A stretch of 64,000 bases of DNA from a virus, in IMG/VR virus record IMGVR_UViG_3300032241_002083, positions 25,717-89,716 of that record; one strand, written 5' to 3'. This document shows positions 10,876 through 21,121 of the stretch, in pieces; position 1 is the stretch's first letter; every line of letters begins with the position of its first letter. A program made the translations under genes and the position numbers. Below the pieces are notes generated by a model. The model ran no database searches. It was given only the letters and a program-made list of their open reading frames with translations, and was not told the origin of the DNA.

Positions 10876-10936
10876 TATATAAGCATTAACTTAAAAGTTG
10901 AGTTTTTGCTCAAAAATTTAAGTTAATGCTTATATA
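10876..10936. repeat. 20-bp perfect inverted repeat (long hairpin) overlapping putative promoter
   Basis: TATATAAGCATTAACTTAAA / TTTAAGTTAATGCTTATATA with inner TTGAGT/GCTCAA stem. Confidence 0.8.
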
Positions 10937-11007
10937 TATTGAAACTTGACGAAGATCGGCAACATCATGATATATATAATACTACTATTAATATATACTA
11001 TACATAG

Positions 11008-11316
11008 TTATTTTCTCAATGGTAAGTATTCTATTCTTTTGACTTCTGTTGGAAATACTTCTTCGTAATCTTGTCCAGAGAAGTCAGTTCCTTCATAAGA
11101 AGAGTAATAACCGTCAAGTCTTATATAGACATCGTGATCGACAAAATGTTTTACTGTATACCATTCGGAACCCTGATCTTCACCGCCGTATGAGTCTACT
11201 TCTTTAACTTTACCAAGTCCGAGACCTTCAAAGTCGATATCATCGTAACCGAAATCTTGTATTTTGCAATTTTCATTAAGAATTTCTTTAATCTGTTCGA
11301 ATGTTAATTTTTCCAT
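11008..11316 (-). CDS. Conserved phage protein, paralog 1
   Basis: VDSYGGEDQG.EWY.V..F.DHDVYIR.DGYYSSY.G shared with next gene. Confidence 0.75.
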   Translation of the reverse strand: MEKLTFEQIKEILNENCKIQDFGYDDIDFEGLGLGKVKEVDSYGGEDQGSEWYTVKHFVDHDVYIRLDGYYSSYEGTDFSGQDYEEVFPTEVKRIEYLPLRK

Positions 11317-11345
11317 TTTTATTTGTTTTTAATTATATAATTTAA

Positions 11346-11672
11346 TTATTGTATAATAGGTAAGTATTCTATTTTTTTTACTTCTGTTGGATATACTTGA
11401 AGAAATTTAGAACCTTCAAAATCAATGCCATCATAAGAAGTGTAATAAGCATCTATTCTTATATAAACATCATGATCTGTAAAATTCCACACAACATACC
11501 AGTCTGTTCCTTGATCTTCACCACCGTAGGAATCTACTTTTTTACAAGGACCAAGTTCATCAATAGTCCAATTATTTTTATACCCACCGCCAAAATAGCC
11601 ACGAGCAAAATCTTCAACAGATATATTTAGTTGCTTTAATTTTTCTATAATTTGATTAAATGTCAATTGCAT
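11346..11672 (-). CDS. Conserved phage protein, paralog 2 (tandem duplicate)
   Basis: Same motif; both end PTEVK.IEYLP. Confidence 0.75.
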   Translation of the reverse strand: MQLTFNQIIEKLKQLNISVEDFARGYFGGGYKNNWTIDELGPCKKVDSYGGEDQGTDWYVVWNFTDHDVYIRIDAYYTSYDGIDFEGSKFLQVYPTEVKKIEYLPIIQ

Positions 11673-12441
11673 TTTTTAGTTTTTTGTCTGTTTTTTTATG
11701 CCATTTATCGTCATGTTTCATATGTTCCTGAATTATTTCTACATAATTGATAGGACATTTTTGTATGATTCTATAATTTTCGATTATAAAAAGTGCTTGC
11801 CACATAGGAGCATGATTCATGATGAATTTTTTTAGCATCCAATTATATGCAACACGATAATCACGATTAAAAAGTCTTTCAAATGCCATTACATAAACTT
11901 CTTCTCTGGTTAAAGAGATTTTTTCTTCAAAAGAAAGTTTATTAAACTTTTCCTCACTAACATCAACATCAGCTCCATCTTTTAAGACTTTAAAATAAGT
12001 TGGAGTTGGAGTTATATAAGTATGTAAGACATCATGATCGTATTTAGTTAACGCATTATCAAAAAAATCATCACCAGTCATAGATAAATCAGAGCGATGA
12101 TTTTTACCATGTATTTGATTCCAATAATCATATAATTCATAAAATAATGGTTTTATTAATTTGGCTCCATGCTCTTTTAAAAATACAATGTCGAACATAT
12201 GTTTTGACCAAAAAATATCCCAAAATATATGACTTACTTTTAAGGTAAAAAGAACGTCAGCATTAATACCATTTTTTGAAATGTAGTTATATAATGGTTG
12301 ATTAACATGATATTCTTCTATTAAACCTTCTTGTCTTAAAGTAGGTTGTTTGGTTTGAACCAAGTAATCAAAATCTTTTGGTTCTCTTGAAAAGTCCGGG
12401 AAAATATTTTTGATTGCTTGACTACCTATTAAGTATTTCAT
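11656..12441 (-). CDS. Phage protein with nucleotidyltransferase-like N-terminus
   Basis: IGS....R.PKDFD (GS...DxD) followed by K.SH..W and HD.LH motifs. Confidence 0.5.
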   Translation of the reverse strand: MKYLIGSQAIKNIFPDFSREPKDFDYLVQTKQPTLRQEGLIEEYHVNQPLYNYISKNGINADVLFTLKVSHIFWDIFWSKHMFDIVFLKEHGAKLIKPLFYELYDYWNQIHGKNHRSDLSMTGDDFFDNALTKYDHDVLHTYITPTPTYFKVLKDGADVDVSEEKFNKLSFEEKISLTREEVYVMAFERLFNRDYRVAYNWMLKKFIMNHAPMWQALFIIENYRIIQKCPINYVEIIQEHMKHDDKWHKKTDKKLKNAIDI

Positions 12442-12458
12442 ATTTGAATATTATAAAG

Positions 12459-12489
12459 CAAAGATACGAAGAAATTTTTAAAAAGCAAA
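12459..12489 (-). promoter_or_regulatory. Bacteroidota-type housekeeping-sigma promoter
   Basis: TTTG-N19-TATCTTTG on minus strand upstream of 12441. Confidence 0.7.
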
Positions 12490-12614
12490 AATTTTGTTAA
12501 AATTATTGTATATTATAAGTTTTAATAAAAAAAGAAAAATTACGAGAATTTATTTTTATTTTTACTGTTTTATTTAATATCACAAATTATATATTAAATA
12601 ACCAGTTTCGACAT

Positions 12615-13190
12615 CTAAACTTTATAAGTTTTTTTAAATACATCTTCTATTGCTTCTTCTCCTTCTTTCGTTAGTTTTCTTGTTCCTATTCCGGCAAAAT
12701 TTTTTGATTGAATGATTGGTATTTCTTTCATTTCGATAAATTTATCTATTATATAAGACCATTTAAACCATTTATTTTTTATCAAGTCATAAACATAGAC
12801 AGTTTTCGTATTCTGTATGGACATAGCAACTGCCCAACCAGTGCCACCAGAAACTATTCCATTAGAATAGGATTTTATTATACCAATAGCAAAGATTTCT
12901 TCTGAATATTTAACTTGTGCCCAATTACGAGCCAATAAATTCATATGCTTAACTATATTTTTTCGTCCTAAAACTTTATTGGCTTTTTTAATTTTTTCAA
13001 TACCTTCTTCAAAATCTTCTTTTGATACTTCAATTTTATTAGAAGATTTATGATATTTTGTTTTATATGACCAAGCTTTTACTTTTAAGCCATATAAAGT
13101 TGAAAACATTTCCCATATAGTATCAGCACCTTCGGCTCCGCCACTATGACAAGTAGTTTCTTCTGGTTTATAACTAAATACTTTACACAT
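12615..13190 (-). CDS. SLOG/DprA-like nucleotide-binding protein
   Basis: HSGGAEGAD, ARN..Q, GGTGWAV, FAGIGTR. Confidence 0.6.
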   Translation of the reverse strand: MCKVFSYKPEETTCHSGGAEGADTIWEMFSTLYGLKVKAWSYKTKYHKSSNKIEVSKEDFEEGIEKIKKANKVLGRKNIVKHMNLLARNWAQVKYSEEIFAIGIIKSYSNGIVSGGTGWAVAMSIQNTKTVYVYDLIKNKWFKWSYIIDKFIEMKEIPIIQSKNFAGIGTRKLTKEGEEAIEDVFKKTYKV

Positions 13191-13381
13191 TAGAAATGAT
13201 TTAAAATTTCGGTTAAACAATCTTTACAAATTATAGCCACATCATCGCAAACTAGACTTATTGATGCACATTTTTTCATCTCATCACAACCATCACATAA
13301 TCTTGATTCTTCTGGAATAAAGATTAAAGAAACTTTTTTAATTTCTTTACCATTTTTAATTATCTTAGCGTCTGTAATCAT
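13190..13381 (-). CDS. Small Zn-ribbon protein
   Basis: CDGC...CKDC. Confidence 0.55.
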   Translation of the reverse strand: MITDAKIIKNGKEIKKVSLIFIPEESRLCDGCDEMKKCASISLVCDDVAIICKDCLTEILNHF

Positions 13382-13383
13382 AT

Positions 13384-13971
13384 CTATTGTGGATTTTTAA
13401 CTACATGATGATCCAATTCAGAAATTTCTTTTTTAGACATTATATCTATAATTTCTGTGATTGAAAAAGGACGATACTTACCAAGTAATCTATAAGCCGT
13501 ATCTATACCAACATCAATAGATTTTCCAAAATCTGGTATAGAATCGTGACTATGACCGTATAGATGGATAGTTCCGTGATGAGAACTAGGCCATACTCTA
13601 TGAGAATAATGAGATAAGAAGAAATTTTGCCCATTTATAGTAAAGAAATCAACATCTTTACAAGATGTGAATAACTTTTGGTATTCTTCGTTAAATCTTA
13701 TTTCGTCATCATGATTTCCATAGAAAAAATTAATGTTTTGGCAATTAATTTTCCATCTTAATTCTGGTATTTTTGTTGGATCACCAAAAGCAAAATCGCC
13801 TAGAAAATTGAGTGTATCATCATATTTTACATACTCATTTATATTATTTATGATAGTATCATTCATTTCAGGTATAGAGTTAAAATCTCTATAACCTGAT
13901 TTCCAACGGGATATTTTTGGACCTGTAATATTGCGATGGTTGAAATGCGTGTCTGAAGTAAAGTATATCAT
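13384..13971 (-). CDS. Calcineurin-like metallophosphoesterase
   Basis: SDTHFNH, LGDF, GNHD, HLYGHSH motifs. Confidence 0.9.
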   Translation of the reverse strand: MIYFTSDTHFNHRNITGPKISRWKSGYRDFNSIPEMNDTIINNINEYVKYDDTLNFLGDFAFGDPTKIPELRWKINCQNINFFYGNHDDEIRFNEEYQKLFTSCKDVDFFTINGQNFFLSHYSHRVWPSSHHGTIHLYGHSHDSIPDFGKSIDVGIDTAYRLLGKYRPFSITEIIDIMSKKEISELDHHVVKNPQ

Positions 13972-14066
13972 TGTGTTTCTCTGATGTTAAACAATTTTAA
14001 CAAAAATACAAAGTTTTTTACTGACAGACAAATATGTTTTTAATATATAAAATAAAAATAAATATT

Positions 14067-15146
14067 ATGAAATGGACAGAACAGGAAATAAATTACCTTA
14101 AAGAAAATTACAAAAATGGCGATAAAGAAGAGATATTAAATAATTTAGACTCAAAGAATTGGAAATCTGTTAAATATATTGCTAAAAAATATAACTTAAC
14201 AAGAGAAAGAAAAAATGATAATTGGAGCGAATGTGAAATAAAATATTTATCAGAAAATTATCAAAATGAAATAAAGGAAAAATTAGTAAAAAATTTACCT
14301 AAAAGAAATTGGACTTCTATTAAATTAATGGCTGGAAAATTGAATTTATATAGAACTAATGATTTTTATAGAAAATCTGACATGTATAGATTGATGGAAG
14401 ATACAAACGAATCTTTTTACTGGATGGGATTTTTATCTGCTGATGGGCATTTTAATCAAAAAGATAAAAGAATTAATATTAATTTATCAGTAAAAGATAA
14501 AAAACATTTAATTAGGTTTTCTAATTTTGTTAATAATGTCAAGGTAATTATATCTGAAAATATTTGTTCTACATCTTTGCAAAATATAGATGTGTTTGCT
14601 GAGTTATGTAAAAAGTTTGATTTAAAACACGACAAAACATATTTTCCACCTAATTTTGATGTTATAAACAAAGATAAAGAATTATTCTTCTCTTATATAG
14701 TTGGATTTATAGACGGCGATGGTTACATAAATAAACTATACAAAAGAGAAGATTGCAATCTAGGAATACATTTACATAGTTCTTGGTTAAAGAATTTGAT
14801 TTATATAGAAAATTTTCTATATAAATATTTCAATATTAGTAAAAATAAATTATCTTCTAAAATAGGCAATGATGGTTATGCTAGAATGACTATATCCGAT
14901 AGTTCAATTTTGAGTAAAATAAAGAAAGAGGTCATAAGATTAGAATTACCTGTTTTAAACAGAAAATGGAATATAATAAATGAAAACCATATTTCTAGAT
15001 ATGAAGTTTCAAAAATTAACAAAGAAAGAGTAATTAAACTTTATTTAGAAGGACTAAATGGTGTAGAAATAATTAAACAAACTAAATTAAAAAAAGGAGT
15101 TGTATATTCATATATTAGAGATATAAAAAAAGAGGCTACAGCATAG
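14067..15146 (+). mobile_element. Free-standing LAGLIDADG homing endonuclease with N-terminal W(T/S)xxE repeats and C-terminal HTH
   Basis: YWMGFLSADGH and YIVGFIDGDGY motifs; oriented opposite to its neighbours. Confidence 0.8.
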
Positions 15147-15156
15147 CCTCTTTTTT
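15125..15156. terminator. Bidirectional intrinsic terminator
   Basis: AAAAAAAGAGGCTA-CAGCA-TAGCCTCTTTTTT between convergent units. Confidence 0.8.
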
Positions 15157-15160
15157 ATAA

Positions 15161-15353
15161 AAACGGTGGCAGGACTTGACCTGCATGATGTGAGTTTAAT
15201 TTCTCTTTTGTTTTTTTGAAGGAACATCCTTACGAATTCAACCCTGAATTGTTACACGGTAATTTTTATTTTACGTCTACAGGATTTGTAACTTAGTTAC
15301 TGACAACACATCTATAAGAGCTTCACTTTAGCGTCTAATTCCGCCACACCGTT
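15161..15353 (-). ncRNA. tRNA-shell ncRNA A (193 nt): acceptor, D and T arms with a large structured insert and no canonical anticodon arm
   Basis: AACGGTG/CACCGTT acceptor; TGGCGGAATTAGACGC Leu-like D arm; GCAGG-TCAAGT-CCTGC T arm; insert closed by GATGTG/CACATC. Confidence 0.7.
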
Positions 15354-15357
15354 TAAC

Positions 15358-16605
15358 TTAACTTAATTCTAAATCTTTTTTAATTTCTACCAATCCGCCA
15401 GTTTTATCTGATAAATCAAAATTTTCTTTGATAAAATCAATTACTTCTTTTGGATTTATTGAATGGTGAAAAACTATATTTGGACCATGATTATCTAACA
15501 TTACAGCGGATAAATTATCAAATCTTTTTAAACCATTTGAAGTATTTTGACCACATTCATGACTGCCACATTCATATTCTCTTTGAGATACAACTGGAAC
15601 TTTTGAACCTTCTTTAATAGGGCAGTGGAAATGAACGATACAATCGTAATCGTTATGCTCACTAAATATAATTCTCTGTGATTGACCACCAACAGAAGGT
15701 TTAGCACCATAAGCAGTAACCGTATCTTCTGTATCAGTAATAACTCTAACTAAACCATTTTTGTCTAAATCATTAAAGTTAGATTTTCTGATAGAAGTTA
15801 AAAATTCTTTTTCACCAATCTTACAAGCAAAATGCCCTACGGTTGCTCCATTAAATGGTTTATAAGCAGATTGCTCTATGCAGAAATTAACAACCTCTCT
15901 TAAAGATGGAAAAACCATATCAGAGTTCCAATCAACAGGTGTGCCTTCGACAACGGTTGCATGTGTAAATGAAAGATGACTTCTGTAATAAGTCATATCT
16001 ACTAGCTGTTTAAGTGCTTCATCTCTATCAGTAGTTACATGGTATTTGGCTTCTTCGGGTGTAATAATCATATTAACTCTTGTGATAACATCATTAGATA
16101 AAACTAAATTACAAGAATTTTTCTTCATTAAATTAAGTCCTGATAAATATTGCTCTTGTTCAGTAGCACCGGAAGTTGTTTTAAAAGCAACTAAGAATAT
16201 ATCTTTTCTACCTTCTCTTATTTGTTTAATTACTTTATTTTTAGGTGTTAATTTTAATAAATATTCTTTTTTAGATGATAATCTTTCAGAATATTTTCCA
16301 GATTTTATATTTTCTATATTACCATCAAAATCAGTCATGCCTACATTAAAGAATACAACTTTTGTATTAAAATCTTCTTTTAATCCTAAAACATGTTTTT
16401 CAACATCTTCGTTAGTGGTGAGATTTGAATTAGAATCAGCCATTTTAGTTAGATGTAAATTAACATCCATGTTGTCAAATCTTTCTTTACATAAGATTTC
16501 TAACTTTTTGGCAGTTTCGCCAAAAGCGGGCATAGATAATGCTAAATGTGTGCGAACATAAGAAAATGTTCCACCGCCGTATATATGTATTTGTTTCTTA
16601 AACAT
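15358..16605 (-). CDS. CoaB/DFP-like domain fused to class II aldolase-like domain
   Basis: GGGT...VR.H, FLVAFKT, CNLVLSND resemble CoaB; IVHFH and LDNHG resemble class II aldolase metal site. Confidence 0.5.
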   Translation of the reverse strand: MFKKQIHIYGGGTFSYVRTHLALSMPAFGETAKKLEILCKERFDNMDVNLHLTKMADSNSNLTTNEDVEKHVLGLKEDFNTKVVFFNVGMTDFDGNIENIKSGKYSERLSSKKEYLLKLTPKNKVIKQIREGRKDIFLVAFKTTSGATEQEQYLSGLNLMKKNSCNLVLSNDVITRVNMIITPEEAKYHVTTDRDEALKQLVDMTYYRSHLSFTHATVVEGTPVDWNSDMVFPSLREVVNFCIEQSAYKPFNGATVGHFACKIGEKEFLTSIRKSNFNDLDKNGLVRVITDTEDTVTAYGAKPSVGGQSQRIIFSEHNDYDCIVHFHCPIKEGSKVPVVSQREYECGSHECGQNTSNGLKRFDNLSAVMLDNHGPNIVFHHSINPKEVIDFIKENFDLSDKTGGLVEIKKDLELS

Positions 16606-16687
16606 AAAAATTATTTTTGTAAAAATACTAAAAATTGTTAAAGAAAACAAATTTTTTTTTACATATAGTTATTTAATATATAATTTT

Positions 16688-17098
16688 ATGAAATATTTGA
16701 AATCTTTTAATAAATTTGAATCAGTCGGATTTGGTGATAATGTAAGTGGTATAGGTTCTGATGAAGGCACTTTTGATCATAGTAATAATCCAGTTTTAAA
16801 ACAACAAGTAGAAAGATATGTAGATTCTATGTTAAAATCAGAAATTACTGTTTTATGTAAGAAAATAGGTATAGAACCGCCAAAAGATTTAGAAGCAGCA
16901 CAAATGGATGATTTTGAATCAAAAGTAAGAGAAAAAGCAATCAAATTTTTTATGAAAAATCCCGCTCATATGGATGCTGATGATGACAAAAAGATAAAGA
17001 AAGATGTTAAATTTACCATGTATGATACTGATAGAGTGCCTTTGACGAATAATATAGGCGGAACTTCTTTTGCTAACTCTATTCAAGTTGGACAATGA
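16688..17098 (+). CDS. Hypothetical protein with capsid-targeting-like N-terminus (MKYLKSFNKFES)
   Basis: Preceded by TTTAATATATA; N-terminal K-x-x-F-x-x-F-E pattern. Confidence 0.65.
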   Translation: MKYLKSFNKFESVGFGDNVSGIGSDEGTFDHSNNPVLKQQVERYVDSMLKSEITVLCKKIGIEPPKDLEAAQMDDFESKVREKAIKFFMKNPAHMDADDDKKIKKDVKFTMYDTDRVPLTNNIGGTSFANSIQVGQ

Positions 17099-18145
17099 TC
17101 AAAAATAATTATTTAATATTTCTTCTATTTTGTCTATTTCTGTATATTTTATTCGGATTAAATTTATGTAATTATCTTCACAAAAATTATTTTTTATATT
17201 ATCATTTATTTTTAATTTTTCAAAAGCTTTTAATCCGCCAAAAAAAGTTAAAGGTTCGAAATGTTGTTTCCCATCGAATTCTATACAAATTCTTTTGGAT
17301 GGAATATAAAAGTCAAATGGTAATTCGTAAATATTTTTACAATTTGTAAATTTTTTTTGTCTATCAAAGTTTATTTTATTCTTTTTGAGAAAAGAAGCAA
17401 TTTTTTTTTCACCTTTAGATTCATTGCATGACGGACATCCCATTCCTTGAATATGTGATAATGGACGTTGAAGAAAATCTCCGTGTTCTGGACAGGTTAT
17501 AATAATTTTTGATTGATTTTTAATATAATTTGTTTTATCATATGAATATTTGAAGTCATGTATTTGGTTAGATTCGTTTATAAATTGTTTATTTGTTTTT
17601 TTAATTGATAAAATTTGTTTTTCTGGACAATTTCCGCTTAAATGGTTATATGGCTTTTGTAAATATATTATTCCTTTGTATTTTATTTGCACTGGTGTTT
17701 CGCCATTAATTATTTTTTTTATCAGACTATAATCATATTTATTTTCACCATGTATTTTTTTTGATTTATTTATAAAATTTTCAAGAGTTAGTGCTTTTTC
17801 AACACAAAATCCTTGCAGATGAGAAGAAGGTGTTTGTTCGAATATAATCCCTTCATATATTATTTTTATTTTTTTATTTGCTCCTTTATATTCCGTCATT
17901 GAGTAATCATATTTGTTATTCCATATTTTTTTTGCTTCTTTTATGAAATCTTTGGTGGTTTTAGTAGGTGTATTTTTTTCGGGACATCTTCCCATTAGAT
18001 GCTTACACACCTTTTGTGTGTAAGCTATTCCGTCATACATCATAGTTATATTATCGGATGATAGTATTTTTTCGGATAAATCTAAGTATAAATATTTATT
18101 TTTATGTTTTTCGAAAGCTTTATTTAAAAATTCTTGTTTTGTCAT
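17099..18145 (-). mobile_element. Homing-type endonuclease with repeated F(I)xxxxKI(H/W)xxKYDYS modules, Zn finger and PD-(D/E)XK-like C-terminus
   Basis: Repeats, CPEHG...CPSC, LPFDFYIP...IEFDGKQH. Confidence 0.75.
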
Positions 18146-18149
18146 ATCG

Positions 18150-18239
18150 TATATATAAAATTGTTTAAATCCCCCCTTTAACTTTTATTGTGGTATTTTA
18201 AAATAAATCAAAGGGGGGATTTAAACAATTTTATATATA
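18150..18239. repeat. 30-bp perfect inverted repeat between divergent genes
   Basis: TATATATAAAATTGTTTAAATCCCCCCTTT (18150-18179) / AAAGGGGGGATTTAAACAATTTTATATATA (18210-18239). Confidence 0.9.
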
Positions 18240-18264
18240 ATTATATAAAAATAAAAATTAAATT

Positions 18265-19488
18265 ATGGCAAAAGCAAATAGTAAAAAATTTGAGTTTAGT
18301 AAAGTAGGAGATTTATTAGATAAAATATCAGAAAAAGTTCCTATTTTTATAGATAAAAAAGAAAGACCTAGAAAGTATATTTCTACTGGCAGTTATATAT
18401 TAAATGCTGCAATAAGTGGATCACTATTTGGTGGTATAGGAGATATGGGAATTCAGGTATTTGCTGGTCCTGAAGCTAGTGGGAAAACATTTCTCGCTCT
18501 CAACACAATTAGAGAGGCTCAAAAACTTGGTTATTGCGTTATATATATTGATACTGAATATGCAATTAATCGTTCTGAATTACCAAAATATGGTATAGAT
18601 AATGATCCTAATAAATTTATAATTATAAGAGGTAATCAAGTAGAGGAATTAAATATGGCTGTTACGCAATTAATTGACCAATTAAAAACAGCTAAAATGG
18701 ATGGGTTTGATATGCCATTACAGATATGGGCTTTAGATTCTTTAGCTCAATTGTCATCTAAGAAAATGAAAGAAGATCTAATTGCCGGTAATATGAAGAC
18801 AGATATGTCTAAGGCTAAGGCGATAGGTTCATTATTTGTTTCTATAACAGCTGATTTGAGTTTTTTAGAAATTCCATTGATTGTGAATAATCAAACATAT
18901 GAAACGATGGATTTATTTAGTCAAACTATAATGAAAGGTGGTAAACAATTATACTATTCAGCTAATAACATAACATTTTTAACTAAAGCTAAATTAAAAG
19001 ATGATATAGATGATATGGATTTAGGACAATCTGGTATTGTAGTTACTGCTAAATGTGTAAAAAATAGACTTGCAAAACCTAAAAAAGTGCAATTTGAAAT
19101 TTCATTCGAAAAGGGAATGAACCCCTACAAAGGATTAGAAAATTTCTGTCGTGCTGAATATTTTGATAAAATTGGAATAGCACAAGGTAAAATGGAAGTT
19201 GATAAAAAAACAGGTGAAATGAAATTTACAGCAGGTGCCGGTAATAGATGGTATGTGAGTCATTTGGATAAATCAATGACACTTAAACAATTATTTACAA
19301 AAGAAGTTTTTACATCAGAAATCCTCAACAAGATGGAACCAATTGTAAATAATTATTTTAGGTATAAATCAATAGAAGAAGCTGAGGCAGTTGAAAAACA
19401 ATTTGAATCTCTAATAGAAGGTGAGGAAGATGAAGACGGCTTTACAAATTCATCTGATGTTGATGCAGAAGATTTTTTTGGAAAATAA
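18265..19488 (+). CDS. uvsX: RecA/UvsX-like recombinase
   Basis: ISTGSYILNAAISG, GPEASGKT, YIDTEYA, DSL, MKGG, KNR. Confidence 0.9.
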   Translation: MAKANSKKFEFSKVGDLLDKISEKVPIFIDKKERPRKYISTGSYILNAAISGSLFGGIGDMGIQVFAGPEASGKTFLALNTIREAQKLGYCVIYIDTEYAINRSELPKYGIDNDPNKFIIIRGNQVEELNMAVTQLIDQLKTAKMDGFDMPLQIWALDSLAQLSSKKMKEDLIAGNMKTDMSKAKAIGSLFVSITADLSFLEIPLIVNNQTYETMDLFSQTIMKGGKQLYYSANNITFLTKAKLKDDIDDMDLGQSGIVVTAKCVKNRLAKPKKVQFEISFEKGMNPYKGLENFCRAEYFDKIGIAQGKMEVDKKTGEMKFTAGAGNRWYVSHLDKSMTLKQLFTKEVFTSEILNKMEPIVNNYFRYKSIEEAEAVEKQFESLIEGEEDEDGFTNSSDVDAEDFFGK

Positions 19489-19618
19489 TAAATGATTATG
19501 AGAATATTAGCACCGCAGAAAGATGTGAAAATTATATCGGGTCATAAATGGTATAAAAGAATCTGGATATGGATTTCAAATCCATTTACTTATATCTTTC
19601 TTGGATATATTAGATATT

Positions 19619-19646
19619 AAAAAAGCGGCTTTAAGCCGCTTTTTTA
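19619..19646. terminator. Bidirectional intrinsic terminator
   Basis: AAAAAAGCGGC-TTTAA-GCCGCTTTTT. Confidence 0.8.
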
Positions 19647-19952
19647 TTTTAAAATTTCATCAATTTGCATATCTCTCCATTTACATAAAGGCGTGAAATG
19701 CTCATTAAATTCGTTTTCGGTTAATGGACACATGGTGAAATTTTCAACTTTTATGCCAACTTCAATCCAATTATCATATCCTTTATCATCTGGACCATCA
19801 TATCTCACCCCATTTCCTACAACTTTACAAAATTCTCCGTTATTTAACTCTCCAAAAATATTTTCTACTTCAGTAAGTATTTGTCCAATATAAAATATTT
19901 TTGTTTTATTATCTTTAAGAGAATAATAATCAGCAATACATATATATTTCAT
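19644..19952 (-). CDS. Hypothetical protein with C-terminal KWRDMQIDEILK tag
   Basis: ORF track; motif family. Confidence 0.65.
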   Translation of the reverse strand: MKYICIADYYSLKDNKTKIFYIGQILTEVENIFGELNNGEFCKVVGNGVRYDGPDDKGYDNWIEVGIKVENFTMCPLTENEFNEHFTPLCKWRDMQIDEILK

Positions 19953-20362
19953 TAAAGCAATTTTAAATGACCAGTAATCTTATCAATTTTTTCTGAATAG
20001 TGTGGTCCAATGGCAAGACAAGTTTTAGTTTTTACACCATTAAACTCTGTTAAACCATTATCAACTATCATATGAACGGTCAAACCGGCTTCTTCTGCCT
20101 TTCTATAGATTTCGTCTAACTCTTCTTCTGATTTAACACCAACACAGATTTTAGTAAAAGAATTTCCCATCCAATCTTCTGCTTCTTTAAGATTAGTCAT
20201 TCTTTCGTTATGAAATGCTCTGTTATCTTCTAAAGAAGATTGATAAAATCCGCCATTTCTTGTTAAGAAAGCCATAGAAGCATGACTTGCTTGTGCACAC
20301 ATTTTGCCTTTACGCATATTTAAGTCAGTTCGCATGACTATTACTTGTTTTGTGTTTGCCAT
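19952..20362 (-). CDS. pth2: Peptidyl-tRNA hydrolase, Pth2 type
   Basis: KQVIVMRTDLNMRKGKMCAQASHAS, KIC, DNGLTE, AIGP, IDKITGHLKLL. Confidence 0.95.
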   Translation of the reverse strand: MANTKQVIVMRTDLNMRKGKMCAQASHASMAFLTRNGGFYQSSLEDNRAFHNERMTNLKEAEDWMGNSFTKICVGVKSEEELDEIYRKAEEAGLTVHMIVDNGLTEFNGVKTKTCLAIGPHYSEKIDKITGHLKLL

Positions 20363-20363
20363 A

Positions 20364-21071
20364 TTATATACAATATAAAATTGTTGGTGAATCTTTTTTG
20401 ATTTCTATATTTGGATACTTTTTAGTAAAAAGATTTGGATTAAATCCAATTGTAATGATATGATGACCATTTTTAGTTGGAATTACACCTATTACTTTTG
20501 TAATTGTTTCTAAATAAGATTTCACTTCATCTAATTTAGAATTATCATCAATATCTATAATCCATTTTTTTACTGGATCAGAAGTAAATTGTCCCGCAGC
20601 AGATAAAACTTGATATCTAATCACGCTATTATACCAATCACAATCCATTAAACAATCGCTTATCATACGAAGAATATAGAATTTCTTTTCAGTTTCCGAA
20701 ACAAAGTTTTCATTAATTTTATTATTTAAATAATAAAATTTAAGCGGTTCTTCGTATTTTTGGTTAATTGAATTTATTAATTCATCAGTAGAGATTTTAA
20801 ATGCCTGTAAGGAAACTTTATCTTCATTTCTTTTATTTAAACGAATATAGGCTCTTGCATTATGTTCCTGACATAAATTAATAATTTGGTGTTTGTAATT
20901 GTCTAAATCTTTATCGTCAATAATAAAGAAATTATCAATTAAAGAAACATCCTTTTTTAAGTCTGGATTTTCTTTTCTTCTCTTGAGTATTTGTAGAAAA
21001 AAGAAATCACCTTTATTCAAAGTATAATTTTCTTTTATTAGTTTTTTTATTAATTCAAAATTATCAGTCAT
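20364..21071 (-). CDS. Conserved phage protein, possible AEP/prim-pol-like fold
   Basis: WIIDIDD, PTKNGHH and KDS resemble AEP motifs I-III. Confidence 0.4.
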   Translation of the reverse strand: MTDNFELIKKLIKENYTLNKGDFFFLQILKRRKENPDLKKDVSLIDNFFIIDDKDLDNYKHQIINLCQEHNARAYIRLNKRNEDKVSLQAFKISTDELINSINQKYEEPLKFYYLNNKINENFVSETEKKFYILRMISDCLMDCDWYNSVIRYQVLSAAGQFTSDPVKKWIIDIDDNSKLDEVKSYLETITKVIGVIPTKNGHHIITIGFNPNLFTKKYPNIEIKKDSPTILYCI

Positions 21072-21121
21072 AGATACAAAATTAAAGTGTAAAGATACGA
21101 TTTTATTTTGAATTTTTAAAA

